NCBI RefSeq assembly: GCF_000012925.1
Contig: NC_007517.1
Location: forward strand, 3,180,001-3,212,000
Direction of reading: 5' to 3'
DNA from: Geobacter metallireducens GS-15
GTDB lineage: Bacteria; Desulfobacterota; Desulfuromonadia; Geobacterales; Geobacteraceae
Length of the DNA: 32,000 bases
The position numbers and the translations under genes were made by a program. The notes below the pieces were generated by a model. That model did not search any database. It was not told the origin of the DNA and saw only the letters and a program-made list of their open reading frames with translations. Of this stretch, positions 16,987 through 26,084 are shown one piece after another (position 1 is the stretch's first letter; every line of letters begins with the position of its first letter).

Positions 16987-17985
16987 ATGCGTTTTCCCCT
17001 GAAATTGAACGCTGACCTCACGAAGTACATCATTTCCAACAAGGTGAAGAAGATCGAGAAGTTCCCCCTGGTCCTCATGCTCGAACCGACCCACCTCTGC
17101 AACCTGGCCTGCTCCGGCTGCGGCCGCATCCGGGAATACGCCGACACCATCCAGCAGATGATGAGCCTGGAGGAGTGCCTCCGCTCGGTGGACGAATGCC
17201 CGGCGCCGGTAGTCACCATCACCGGCGGCGAGCCGTTCCTCTACAGCCACATCTACGAGCTGATCCCGGCAGTCCTCAACCGCGGCAAGCACGTCTACCT
17301 CTGCACCAACGGCCTGCTGCTGGAAAAGGCCCTGGAGAACATCAAGGTTCACCCCAACTTCTATCTCAACGTCCACATGGACGGCCTCGAAGAGACCCAC
17401 GACCGGATCCTTGAACGGAAGGGAACCTTCAAGATCGCCATCGAGGGGATCAAAAAGGCCAAGGCCATGGGGTTCCGGGTCTGCACCAACACCACCATCT
17501 TCAAGGACACGGACCTGGTGGAGATCGAGATGCTCTTCTCCCTTCTGACCGACCTGGGGGTGGACGGCATCCTGGTGGCGCCGGGGTTCGATTACGAAGC
17601 TGTGGGGGAGAACCTCTTCCTGCAGCGGCGGGAAATCGAGAAAAAATTCGAGGAAGTCTACCGGATGAGCAAGCGGTTCCGCTTCTGGTCAACCCCCATG
17701 TATCTCCGCTTCCTCAAGGGGGAAAAGAAGCTCGACTGCACCCCGTGGGGAAACCCGACCCGCAACCCCCTCGGCTGGAAGGCCCCCTGTTACCTCATCA
17801 CCGACACCCACTACCCCACCTTCCGGGAGATGATGGAGAAGACCGATTGGGACAAGTACGGCGTGGGGAAAGACCCCCGCTGCGCCCAGTGCATGATGCA
17901 CTGCGGCTTCGAACCCACGGTGGTTTCCGAGATCGGGAAGAGCTGGAAGGATATTCTTGAGATGGCCATCTGGAACATGAGTTGA
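16987..17985 (+). CDS. hpnH: Radical-SAM adenosyl-hopene transferase, 332 aa
   Basis: LVLMLEPTHLCNLACSGCGRIREY (CxxxCxxC cluster), ECPAPVVTITGGEPFL, a C-terminal Cys-rich region, and hopanoid-locus context. Confidence 0.9.
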   Translation: MRFPLKLNADLTKYIISNKVKKIEKFPLVLMLEPTHLCNLACSGCGRIREYADTIQQMMSLEECLRSVDECPAPVVTITGGEPFLYSHIYELIPAVLNRGKHVYLCTNGLLLEKALENIKVHPNFYLNVHMDGLEETHDRILERKGTFKIAIEGIKKAKAMGFRVCTNTTIFKDTDLVEIEMLFSLLTDLGVDGILVAPGFDYEAVGENLFLQRREIEKKFEEVYRMSKRFRFWSTPMYLRFLKGEKKLDCTPWGNPTRNPLGWKAPCYLITDTHYPTFREMMEKTDWDKYGVGKDPRCAQCMMHCGFEPTVVSEIGKSWKDILEMAIWNMS

Positions 17986-18005
17986 CCGTCTCTGCGCCGG
18001 CAATG

Positions 18006-18042
18006 AAAAAAACCCGCTTACCATTGAGGTCAGCGGGTTTTT
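18006..18042. terminator. Bidirectional rho-independent terminator shared by hpnH (+) and the hybrid kinase gene (-)
   Basis: AAAAAAACCCGCT - 13-nt loop - AGCGGGTTTTT gives a 7-bp GC stem flanked by an A7 run and a T5 run, so a U-tract follows the stem on either strand. Confidence 0.8.
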
Positions 18043-18089
18043 CATTTGGTGCATGGGCAACCATTAAATCTGCAAAATGGTTGTAACAA

Positions 18090-21000
18090 TCATGTCCCCC
18101 CTGCCCGCCCGAACGTCACATCCGCCCTACCTGCACCCGTGTTGAGCGCCTGGCTGACCTTCCGCAACAGCTGCTCGCTGGTGAAAGGCTTCGGAAGGAA
18201 ATTGCCCCCTTCTTCCAGCCTGCAGTTGTGGATTTTTACCTCGTTGGTGTAGCCGGAAATAAAGACCACGGGCAGATCGAGCCGAAGCTCCTGCAGCCGC
18301 TCAAAAAGCTCAGGGCCGTTCATCCCCGGCATTATGACATCGGATAGCATCAGATCGAAGGCGTAGGGTGCAGCCTGCGCAATCTCGTATGCCTCGTCGG
18401 GATTCGGGGCAGCCAGCACTCCGTAGCCCGCGTATTTCAGCATCTGAACGATCATCTCCCTGACCATCCTGTTGTCCTCAACCACAAGAACGGTGCTGCT
18501 GTTTCCTGAATGTTCCGGCTGGCTGCCAGTGCTCTTTGACTCCGGGGCACTGGTTGATGCCGTATGGGCCTTTGCCGGCAGGTAGATGGTAAACGTGGTC
18601 CCTTTCCCCACGCGGCTTTCCACGGCAACATATCCATCATGCTGTTTCACGGTGCCGAAGACCGTTGCCAGCCCCAGTCCCGTTCCGTGGCCAACCTGTT
18701 TGGTGGTGAAAAACGGCTCAAAGATGTGGGACAGGGTTTCGTCATCCATGCCATGACCGTTGTCGGTAAAGGCGAGCAGGATGTGGGGCCCTGGCTGCAT
18801 GCCGGGATGGAGCCTGGCGTATTCGTCGTCCAGGAGAACGTGACCGGTGTTGATGGTGATGGTGCCGTTCCCTTTGATGGCGTCCTGGGCGTTCACCGCC
18901 AGATTGAGAAGCATCTGCTCGATCTGCCCCCGGTCGGCCATGACAGGGGCAGTGCCTGGGGCCAGATTCATGCGGATGGTGATGTTCTCCCGAATCGTGC
19001 ACCGCAGGATGTCATGGAAGGATTGGATTGCCTCGTTCAGGTCGAGGGGCTGCATGTTGAGTCTCTGCCGGCGACCAAAGGAGAGCAGTTTCTGGGTCAG
19101 GCCCTTGGCCTTGTGGGCGGTCTTGAGAATGCTTTCCGCCATTTGAGCCTCTGGCGTTTCTTGCGGAAGCCCCCTTTTGATCATGTCCGCATAGCAGAAA
19201 ATAGGGGTCAGCAGATTGTTGAAGTCGTGGGCGATTCCGCCCGCAAGCTGGCCAATGGCTTCGATCCTCTGAATGTGGCGAAGCTGTCCCTCCAGGTGTT
19301 CGCGCTGTTCCTCCTGGCGGATCCGGCCGATGGCAATGCTTGCCAGGTGCGCAGCCGACTCCAGCAGGGCACGTTCTCTATCATCCGGAGAGTGTTGCTC
19401 CCGGTGATAGACCGCGAAGGCCCCGAGCAGTTCGCCATCCGAGGAAAGAACCGGTTGGGACCAGCATGCCCTCAGCCCCGCTTCCCGTGCAGGCTGGAAC
19501 CCCTTCCAGTAGGGGTGGCACGTGATGTCATCGACGATTACCGGTTGCCTCAGGTGGGCCGCCGTGCCCGACGATCCCATCCCCCGCGCGATGCGCAGCC
19601 CGTGCACTGCCTGGTTGTACTCTTCCGGCAGACTGGGGGCGGCACCATGGAGAAGGCGCTTGCCGGCCTCATCGGCAAGGAGCAGGGATCCGATGGCACC
19701 GGGAATCTGCTGTTCCACAAAGTAGACGATCTGGTCGAGCAGTGTCGCGAGGGGAGCCCCGGTCGCCAGTTTCTCCAGTATCATCAGGCGGGCCTGTTCA
19801 CGCATTTCGGACCGTTTCCGTTCCCGTACATCCCGCGCAATACAGAGGATGAACGCTCCCCCGTCGCTCTCCATCGGGTGAGCGTGGACCTCGATGGGTA
19901 CCGAGGAACCATCCTTGGCCAGGAGCGCTGCATCGAACATGGCTTCGCCATCCCTCATGGCCAGCATCAGGTTGGTTTTCGTATGGTCAACGCTCTCCGG
20001 AGGCTCCAGGTCATGGAGCATCATATCCGTCAACTCGTCATGACTGAATCCGCTCATGCGGCAGAGTGCCTGATTGAAGTGCACCAGGCGCCCTTCATGA
20101 TCGATCTGCAGGATGGCGTCATTGGCGGCGTCAATCTGGGCCGCCTTGATCCGCAATCTCTCCTGGTGGCTGCGCAGGCCGGTCTGTGCGATATTCAGCC
20201 GGTCAAGGTGGAGGAACATGAGGCGTGTCAGGCTGACGATGACCAGGCAGAGACCGAGCGTTACAGCCCCCTGAAGGAGTGCCTTTCGGGTCCAGGGCTC
20301 AAGGACGTCGTCGCGATCGAGAGACACCACCGCCACTGCGGGAAAACGGGAAAGACATTTGTAGGAAATTATTCGCGGAGTTTTGTCGACGATACTGGAC
20401 CTGGCGTGAAACGTACCAGAAGGCGACGCGGGCAGCCAGATGCGGAACAGTTCCGAGTTCCGCATATTCGATCCGTAGATATTGTGCACATAGGGTTCAA
20501 ATACCAGCGGGGTGCCGTCGGTGCGGAATACGGCAATCCTTCCATGGGGGCCGAGACTTGAGGCGGTGAAGAATTTCTTGAAATAGTCGACCTCAAAGGC
20601 GACCGCCAGAAGTCCGTCGAATGCCGTACCGGGGGGGGTGAGGGGCCGTATGAGGTTGAAGCGCCATCGTTTTACCAACCGGCTCATGACCGGTTTGCTC
20701 AGGTACAGATCCGCTCCGGGATTTTCGAGGTAATGGCGGAAGTACTCACGGTCGGAAACGTCGATCTGCCGGGGTGGATACCCCTGGGAGTTGTTGAACA
20801 TAATGCCGTTCTTGCCGGTGATGAACAGGGCACCGATCTGCGGCGAATCCCCTCCCTGCCGCCGCAGAAGCTCGTAGAGTTCCGCCTGCGGAATCCGCTC
20901 GGCCCCCCCCGCCATTCTGATATCATGAATCAGATCATTGATTACCCGGTCGGTCTCGGCAAAGGCGCTTTCCGTATGCTCGCTGAGGGCCTGCGCGTAT

Positions 21001-21146
21001 CCGGACGCAGTCTTTTCCGCCTCACTGAGGATGTCCCGATATTCAGTCGTGCTGCTCCACACTGAAAAGGAGATAACGGCAGCCAGCACAATGCCGACAA
21101 AGATGCTGAGCCGCCGTTTGAATTCCTCAATGTTAAGCTCCGGCAT
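18090..21146 (-). CDS. Hybrid sensor histidine kinase: TM - periplasmic Cache-like domain - TM - PAS - GAF - HisKA - HATPase_c - receiver, 1018 aa
   Basis: Two TM helices bracket a domain of about 260 aa. PAS (..LAKDGSSVPIEVHA..), GAF, H-box IAHDFNNLLTPI, the G-boxes DNGHGMD and GTGLGLATV, and REC (VLVVEDN...LMLSDVIMPGMNG...FLPKPF) are present. Confidence 0.9.
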   Translation of the reverse strand: MPELNIEEFKRRLSIFVGIVLAAVISFSVWSSTTEYRDILSEAEKTASGYAQALSEHTESAFAETDRVINDLIHDIRMAGGAERIPQAELYELLRRQGGDSPQIGALFITGKNGIMFNNSQGYPPRQIDVSDREYFRHYLENPGADLYLSKPVMSRLVKRWRFNLIRPLTPPGTAFDGLLAVAFEVDYFKKFFTASSLGPHGRIAVFRTDGTPLVFEPYVHNIYGSNMRNSELFRIWLPASPSGTFHARSSIVDKTPRIISYKCLSRFPAVAVVSLDRDDVLEPWTRKALLQGAVTLGLCLVIVSLTRLMFLHLDRLNIAQTGLRSHQERLRIKAAQIDAANDAILQIDHEGRLVHFNQALCRMSGFSHDELTDMMLHDLEPPESVDHTKTNLMLAMRDGEAMFDAALLAKDGSSVPIEVHAHPMESDGGAFILCIARDVRERKRSEMREQARLMILEKLATGAPLATLLDQIVYFVEQQIPGAIGSLLLADEAGKRLLHGAAPSLPEEYNQAVHGLRIARGMGSSGTAAHLRQPVIVDDITCHPYWKGFQPAREAGLRACWSQPVLSSDGELLGAFAVYHREQHSPDDRERALLESAAHLASIAIGRIRQEEQREHLEGQLRHIQRIEAIGQLAGGIAHDFNNLLTPIFCYADMIKRGLPQETPEAQMAESILKTAHKAKGLTQKLLSFGRRQRLNMQPLDLNEAIQSFHDILRCTIRENITIRMNLAPGTAPVMADRGQIEQMLLNLAVNAQDAIKGNGTITINTGHVLLDDEYARLHPGMQPGPHILLAFTDNGHGMDDETLSHIFEPFFTTKQVGHGTGLGLATVFGTVKQHDGYVAVESRVGKGTTFTIYLPAKAHTASTSAPESKSTGSQPEHSGNSSTVLVVEDNRMVREMIVQMLKYAGYGVLAAPNPDEAYEIAQAAPYAFDLMLSDVIMPGMNGPELFERLQELRLDLPVVFISGYTNEVKIHNCRLEEGGNFLPKPFTSEQLLRKVSQALNTGAGRADVTFGRAGGT

Positions 21147-21196
21147 ACAGTGCTGTGCCCCCGAGTGGTTCCGTCAAGACATCCATCCGGAGCCGG

Positions 21197-22909
21197 TTAC
21201 ATCCTGAACTGGGCCACGATCCGCTTCAGCTCGTCTGCCATGCCGGCCAGCTGGCTTGCGGCATTGGCCGTATTCTGTGAGCTGCCCGAGGCATCGGATA
21301 TCACTGCGGTTATCTCGTACATGCTCTTGCTGATCTCATTGGTGGTGGCGCTCTGCTGCTCGGCGGCAGTTGCTATCTGGTTGATCTGGCTCGTGAGCTC
21401 CGCCACCTGGGCCAGAATTTCCTCGAGGGCCTCTCCTGACCGGCCCGCTTCCGCAGTCCCCTTTTCCACCTCTTGCACCCCTTCCTCCATGGCGGCCACG
21501 GCGAATTTGGTCTCCTGCTGGATGCTCTTGATCATCTCGCAGATTTCGCGGGTGGCCTTGGTGGTGCGCTCCGCAAGGGCCCTCACCTCATCGGCCACCA
21601 CGGCGAAGCCGCGCCCCTGTTCACCGGCCCGTGCCGCCTCGATGGCCGCATTCAGGGCCAGGAGGTTGGTCTGGTCGGCGATGTCCTCGATGGTCCCCAC
21701 GATATTGCCGATCTGTTCGGACCTGACACCCAGGGATTCGACGGTTTTTGCCGACTCCTGGACCTTGTGGGCAATGCGCTGGATGCTGCTGACCGCGTGG
21801 CTCACCACCAGGGATCCGTCCTGGGCTGTCTGGGTTGCACGGTTGGCTATCTCGACGGTCCGGATGCAGTTGTGGGCTATCTCGGAAGAGGTGGCTGCCA
21901 TCTCCTCGCACGATATAGCCACCGATGTGGACTGGGTCGAAGCACGCTCCGTCCCGCTGGCGATATGACCCGCGGTCTCGTTGAGGTGGTCCGCCGATGA
22001 GGCCACATCCACGGCGTTCTGATTGATCCGCTGGACGATCTCCTTCATGTTGTCGAGGAAACGGTTGAAAGAGCGGGCCAGCGAGCCGGTTTCATCTTCC
22101 CGCTCCACGGCGAGGCGCCGGGTGAGGTCTCCGCCACCCTTGGACATATCATCCAGGTTCGTGTCGACGTAGCCGAGGGTCCGGGTGACCCCTCGGCTCA
22201 CAAAATAGGCGAGGAGGAGGCTTATGAGGGCCATGAGGCCATTCAGGGCCAGGAACATCCACCGGACCTTGCTGATGTCCTTTTCCACGTCGTCGATGTA
22301 AATGCCACTTCCGACCACCCATCCCCACGGCTCGAACTTCTTGACATAGGACAGTTTGGGGTAGAGTTCGGAGGTTGTGCCCCCACCCTCCTTGGGCTTG
22401 TTCCATTCGTAGTTTACGAAGCCGTGCCCCGCCTTCTGAACCACCTCCGCAAAGGCAACAAAGAGGTTCTTGCCGTCGAGGGGTATCTCCTTCCCGTCCG
22501 TTCCCTCGATCATGCCGGTCGCCTTGTTGAACTTGGGGTCATTCAGCACCTTGCCATCGAGTGCCGAGAGGGTTGGATGCATGATCATTTTGGGGGGATT
22601 TCCCAGGTCATTGATCCAGAGGTATTCCTTTTTCTCATAGCGCATCTTCGAGAGGATATTCGCAGCCTTGAGCTGGGCCTCTGCGAGGGGCTCCTTGCCG
22701 CTCTTGACCAGCTCGTTCTCCACTTCGAGGACTGCCATGGCCGTTTCCACCACATGCCGCGTTGCGTCCCGCTTCTCTGTGGTGATCTTCGTCTCGAGTT
22801 TCGGCAGGAGAAAGGAGAAGAGCCCTCCCAGCATCAGTATGACGCTGAGGACTGTTATGAACATGATTTTGTTCCGGATCTTCCAATTCTTGTACCTGGT
22901 TACTCTCAT
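21197..22909 (-). CDS. Methyl-accepting chemotaxis protein with a single-Cache periplasmic sensor, 570 aa
   Basis: TM, Cache-like region (YLWINDL..MIMHP...[10 protein letters not shown]), TM, HAMP, and the highly conserved MCP hairpin tip [38 protein letters not shown]. Confidence 0.9.
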   Translation of the reverse strand: MRVTRYKNWKIRNKIMFITVLSVILMLGGLFSFLLPKLETKITTEKRDATRHVVETAMAVLEVENELVKSGKEPLAEAQLKAANILSKMRYEKKEYLWINDLGNPPKMIMHPTLSALDGKVLNDPKFNKATGMIEGTDGKEIPLDGKNLFVAFAEVVQKAGHGFVNYEWNKPKEGGGTTSELYPKLSYVKKFEPWGWVVGSGIYIDDVEKDISKVRWMFLALNGLMALISLLLAYFVSRGVTRTLGYVDTNLDDMSKGGGDLTRRLAVEREDETGSLARSFNRFLDNMKEIVQRINQNAVDVASSADHLNETAGHIASGTERASTQSTSVAISCEEMAATSSEIAHNCIRTVEIANRATQTAQDGSLVVSHAVSSIQRIAHKVQESAKTVESLGVRSEQIGNIVGTIEDIADQTNLLALNAAIEAARAGEQGRGFAVVADEVRALAERTTKATREICEMIKSIQQETKFAVAAMEEGVQEVEKGTAEAGRSGEALEEILAQVAELTSQINQIATAAEQQSATTNEISKSMYEITAVISDASGSSQNTANAASQLAGMADELKRIVAQFRM

Positions 22910-22944
22910 GTGCCTTTCCCCCTTTGGGATGCGGTTGGATGGAT

Positions 22945-23508
22945 TTATTTAAAGAGCTCGGCAAGTTTGTCGGCAATTCGTTCGGCGGAAAGGACAAAGT
23001 CGATCATCCCCGTGGCCTCGGCAGCCTTGGGCATGCCATAGATGACGCTCGTCGCCCTGTCCTGGGCAATGGTCACTGCTCCGCATCGTTTCATGTGGGC
23101 GATGCCGTCGGCACCGTCATGGCCCATCCCGGTCAGGATGACGCCGGCCATCCGGGCGCCGGGTTTCGGAATGACGCTCTCCATGGTGACGTCAATGGAC
23201 GGGCAGACGGAGTTGACCTTCTCGCCGGCTGCAAGGCGTATGGTCTGATTGGCGACAAGGTGCAGGTGAAGCGCTCCCGGCGCCAGGTAGACGGTGCCAT
23301 GGCGTATGGCATCGCCATCCCGTGCCAGCGCAACGGGCATGGCGGAGACCCTCTGCAGGGAAGTGACAAAGGACCGGTCGACGAGCGGGACGATGTGCTG
23401 AACGATCACGACACCGGCATTGAGGACCGGAAGATGGGGAAACAGCGACTCAAACACCTTGAGTCCTCCCGTCGATGCCCCTATGACCGCCAGGTTGGGC
23501 AATGGCAT
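22945..23508 (-). CDS. cheB: Stand-alone CheB-type protein-glutamate methylesterase catalytic domain (no receiver), 187 aa
   Basis: AVIGASTGG (Ser), VVIVQHI (His) and LTGMGHDG (Asp) match the CheB triad context. The protein starts directly at the catalytic domain, 3 nt after the stop of the REC gene. Confidence 0.85.
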   Translation of the reverse strand: MPLPNLAVIGASTGGLKVFESLFPHLPVLNAGVVIVQHIVPLVDRSFVTSLQRVSAMPVALARDGDAIRHGTVYLAPGALHLHLVANQTIRLAAGEKVNSVCPSIDVTMESVIPKPGARMAGVILTGMGHDGADGIAHMKRCGAVTIAQDRATSVIYGMPKAAEATGMIDFVLSAERIADKLAELFK

Positions 23509-23511
23509 GGC

Positions 23512-23922
23512 TCAGTTCCCGCCTCGCATCTGCTCCAGGCAACCAAGGTACGTGCGTACCGTTGCAACCATCTCGGAAGGGTCGAAAGGCTTCGTGATGT
23601 AGTCGAACACCAGTTCCTGCAACCCTTCCATCTGTTCATCGGGCTCGTCGACCGAGGTCAGCATGGAGATGATATTGCCGGCCACAAGGGATTCGTCCGC
23701 CATGGCGCGGATGGTTTGCCAGCCGTTTCTGCGGGGCATCATGACGTCCATGAGAATGATTCCCCTGAACCCTTTCCGCAAAAGGTCCAGGCATTCGTCC
23801 CCGTTCTCCGCGGCTACCGCGGCGATTCCCTCACACGCGAGGAGTTTAACCACCGCATCCCGGATGAAAGGTTCGTCGTCCACGATCACGACCTGTGCCG
23901 TATCCTGAGGGTCTGTTGCCAC
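23512..23922 (-). CDS. Single-domain response regulator (CheY-like receiver), 136 aa, GTG start
   Basis: VVIVDDEPFIRD, ILMDVMMP (phospho-acceptor Asp) and YITKPF. GTG at 23922 has GGAGG 5 nt upstream. Confidence 0.85.
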   Translation of the reverse strand: MATDPQDTAQVVIVDDEPFIRDAVVKLLACEGIAAVAAENGDECLDLLRKGFRGIILMDVMMPRRNGWQTIRAMADESLVAGNIISMLTSVDEPDEQMEGLQELVFDYITKPFDPSEMVATVRTYLGCLEQMRGGN

Positions 23923-24091
23923 ATATGCCTCCTGCCTGAAGCGTGAACCGGTACCTGCGTGAACCCTCTTCGCCGCTTTCGGAAAGCCTGGTCAGCGGCC
24001 AGTTCCCGTGACCGGCGAAACGCGTGATCGAGGCGATCGGCGTTCATCCTGGAACTCAGTTTGCTTTACGATGAAACGCCGTTTTCTTGCT

Positions 24092-24118
24092 TATCGTCAG
24101 GAGCGGGAGAAACTTTAG
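24092..24118 (-). promoter_or_regulatory. Sigma-28 (FliA)-type promoter TAAAGTTT-N11-GACGATAA for the REC/cheB/MCP/kinase unit
   Basis: The minus strand reads TAAAGTTT (24118-24111), an 11-nt spacer, then GACGATAA (24099-24092). That is 15 of 16 matches to the enterobacterial consensus TAAAGTTT-N11-GCCGATAA with exact spacing. Confidence 0.6.
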
Positions 24119-24227
24119 CGGAATTGTCAAGAGAGGCTGGCGGGGCACCGAAACCCAACATCTCCTGCAATGGTTTGTGAAGGGGATACTTTGAAGGAAG
24201 GGTTGACTTCCTTGTGCGGTGAATATG

Positions 24228-24258
24228 AAAAAAGGGCGACCGTATCAGCGGTCGCCCC
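24228..24258 (-). terminator. Rho-independent terminator of the 24285..25937 MCP gene
   Basis: The minus strand has GGGCGACCG-ctgata-CGGTCGCCC (9-bp stem) followed by TTTTTT, 27 nt after the stop codon. Confidence 0.85.
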
Positions 24259-24284
24259 TCCTTTGTTTCGTGTCCGAACGACTG

Positions 24285-25937
24285 TTACGCCACCTTGAAC
24301 CGCCCCACCAGATTATTGAGCTCGTCAGCCAACTCGGCAACCCGCGACGCAGCCTGGGCTGATTCCTGGATACCCTTGGCGGTTTCCTGGACCACCTCGG
24401 AGACCTGCTGGACGTTGCCGCTGATCTCGCCGGTGGTGGCGGTCTGCTGCTCGGCGGCGGTGGCTATCTGGCTCACCTGCATGGCCAGCTCGTTGATCTG
24501 GTTCATGATCTCCTGAAGGGCCGCGCCGGACTGTTGGGCATCGGCAGTCCCAGCCTCCACCTCATGGACCCCCTCCTCCATGGCGGCAACCGCCCCCCGC
24601 GTCTCCTGCTGAATCGCCTTGATCATCTCGCCGATCTCCCGGGTCGCTTTCGTGGTCCGCTCGGCCAGGGCCCGGACCTCATCGGCCACCACGGCAAAGC
24701 CGCGCCCCTGCTCGCCGGCCCGGGCCGCCTCGATGGCGGCGTTCAGGGCCAGGAGGTTCGTCTGGTCGGCAATATCCTGAATGGTGCCGATGATTTCACC
24801 GATCTGCTCGGAGCGGGACCCGAGACTCTCGACAGTCTTGGCGGAACTCCGCACCCGGTCGGCGATCCGCGCCATGCCGTTCACGGTCCGCTGGACCACC
24901 GTGGCTCCGCCGGTGGCCGACTCCGTGGCCCGTTGGGCAGCTTCGGCAGCCATCTGGCAGTTCTGGGCGATCTCCGCGGCGGTGGCCGCCATCTCCTCGC
25001 CGGCAGTGGCGACGGTTCCGGTCTGGGCCGCCACCTCCTCGACGCCGGTGGCCATCTGCTCGGCGCTGCTGTGGACCTGGGTTGCGGCCGTTGCCACCTG
25101 TTCCGCGTTCCCCCGGATGCCGGCGATGACCCGGGCAAAGGAATCGGCGGTCTCGTTGAACGAACCTCCGATGGCCCCCAGTTCGTCGTTGGAGAGCCCG
25201 GTAGCGCGCCGGCTCAGGTCTCCCGCGGAGACCGCAGCGGCAACGGATGCCAGCTCATCGGAACTGCGGCGCAGGGAACGGATGATGAAGAGGCTCAATA
25301 CCACCCCAATGGCGATAGATGCAACAAGCCCGACAATCATGATAAGCCGGTCGGTGCGATAGGTCTTGTCATCCCGCTCGAAGTCCTCCTTTGCCGCGGC
25401 AAATTCCGACTTGATCATTTTTTCCAGCGCTTCATTGGCCGGCTTGAAGAGGGGGTTCACTTTCTTGAGAGTCAGTTCCACGGCGTCTTTGTATTTCCCG
25501 GTCAGCACCGCCTCGCGCACGGGGATGAGCCCCTCCTGCACAAAGGCCTCCCTCGCCGTCTCGAACTCCGCGGCGAGTTTCTTGTCTTCTTCGGTTTTGG
25601 GGAGTTTCTCATACTCCGCCAGGAGTGCCGTGATCTCCTCGATATTCTTGCCGACGATGTCGGTGTGCATGGTGAGCGGATGGTCGTGGAGGGCGCTGAA
25701 TTCACTCTTGGAATCATGCTGGAGGGAGAGAAGGAGCTGGATGCGGTTGTCGCGCATGAGAGCCGCGATCCTGCTGAGGACCTGCACGCTCTTCATGTTC
25801 TCGCCATGGAGCGCGTGGCTGGTTTCATTGGCAGCCTTCATCCCCGACAGCCCCAGCATGCCGAAGACGATAAGCATGGCCGAAAAAAACGCGACGATGA
25901 AAACGATTCGGGCCTTGATGGTAAGTTTGAACGACAT
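24285..25937 (-). CDS. Methyl-accepting chemotaxis protein with a four-helix-bundle (4HB/TarH-like) sensor, 550 aa
   Basis: TM, helical periplasmic domain (..[14 protein letters not shown]..), TM, HAMP, and the same conserved signalling tip as the other MCP. GGAGGA RBS. Confidence 0.9.
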   Translation of the reverse strand: MSFKLTIKARIVFIVAFFSAMLIVFGMLGLSGMKAANETSHALHGENMKSVQVLSRIAALMRDNRIQLLLSLQHDSKSEFSALHDHPLTMHTDIVGKNIEEITALLAEYEKLPKTEEDKKLAAEFETAREAFVQEGLIPVREAVLTGKYKDAVELTLKKVNPLFKPANEALEKMIKSEFAAAKEDFERDDKTYRTDRLIMIVGLVASIAIGVVLSLFIIRSLRRSSDELASVAAAVSAGDLSRRATGLSNDELGAIGGSFNETADSFARVIAGIRGNAEQVATAATQVHSSAEQMATGVEEVAAQTGTVATAGEEMAATAAEIAQNCQMAAEAAQRATESATGGATVVQRTVNGMARIADRVRSSAKTVESLGSRSEQIGEIIGTIQDIADQTNLLALNAAIEAARAGEQGRGFAVVADEVRALAERTTKATREIGEMIKAIQQETRGAVAAMEEGVHEVEAGTADAQQSGAALQEIMNQINELAMQVSQIATAAEQQTATTGEISGNVQQVSEVVQETAKGIQESAQAASRVAELADELNNLVGRFKVA

Positions 25938-26005
25938 ATTCTTTTCCTCCCCTGAATTCGGGTCCCCGCTCCGTCACACACGACGCGCAGAGGTCCTTAC
26001 ATCTC

Positions 26006-26032
26006 GTTTCGGAGAATTCCCGAATAACTTGA
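26006..26032 (-). promoter_or_regulatory. Weaker sigma-28-like promoter TCAAGTTA-N11-TCCGAAAC upstream of the 4HB MCP
   Basis: 11 of 16 matches to the consensus with exact N11 spacing. It shares AATTCCGCT immediately 5' of the -35 element with the 24092-24118 promoter. It lies 69-95 nt upstream of ATG 25937. Confidence 0.4.
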
Positions 26033-26052
26033 GCGGAATTTATCACATCTCT

Positions 26053-26084
26053 AAAAAAATCAGTGCATTAGCCATCCCTCACTG
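26053..26084 (-). terminator. Weak terminator-like hairpin (CAGTG-14 nt-CACTG) plus a T7 run at the end of the DUF748 gene
   Basis: The stem is only 5 bp and overlaps the stop codon, but the U-tract is long. Confidence 0.3.

Noticed and set aside
24051-24066. Plus-strand sigma-54-like element TGGAAC-N5-TTGCT with correct GG/GC spacing, which could drive a small RNA of about 190 nt ending at the 24234-24257 hairpin
   Set aside because: It sits in the loop of the leader hairpin of the opposite-strand operon. No enhancer-binding sites or downstream plus-strand gene are visible, and a single -24/-12 match in GC-rich DNA is expected by chance. It would be worth revisiting only if plus-strand transcription is seen here.
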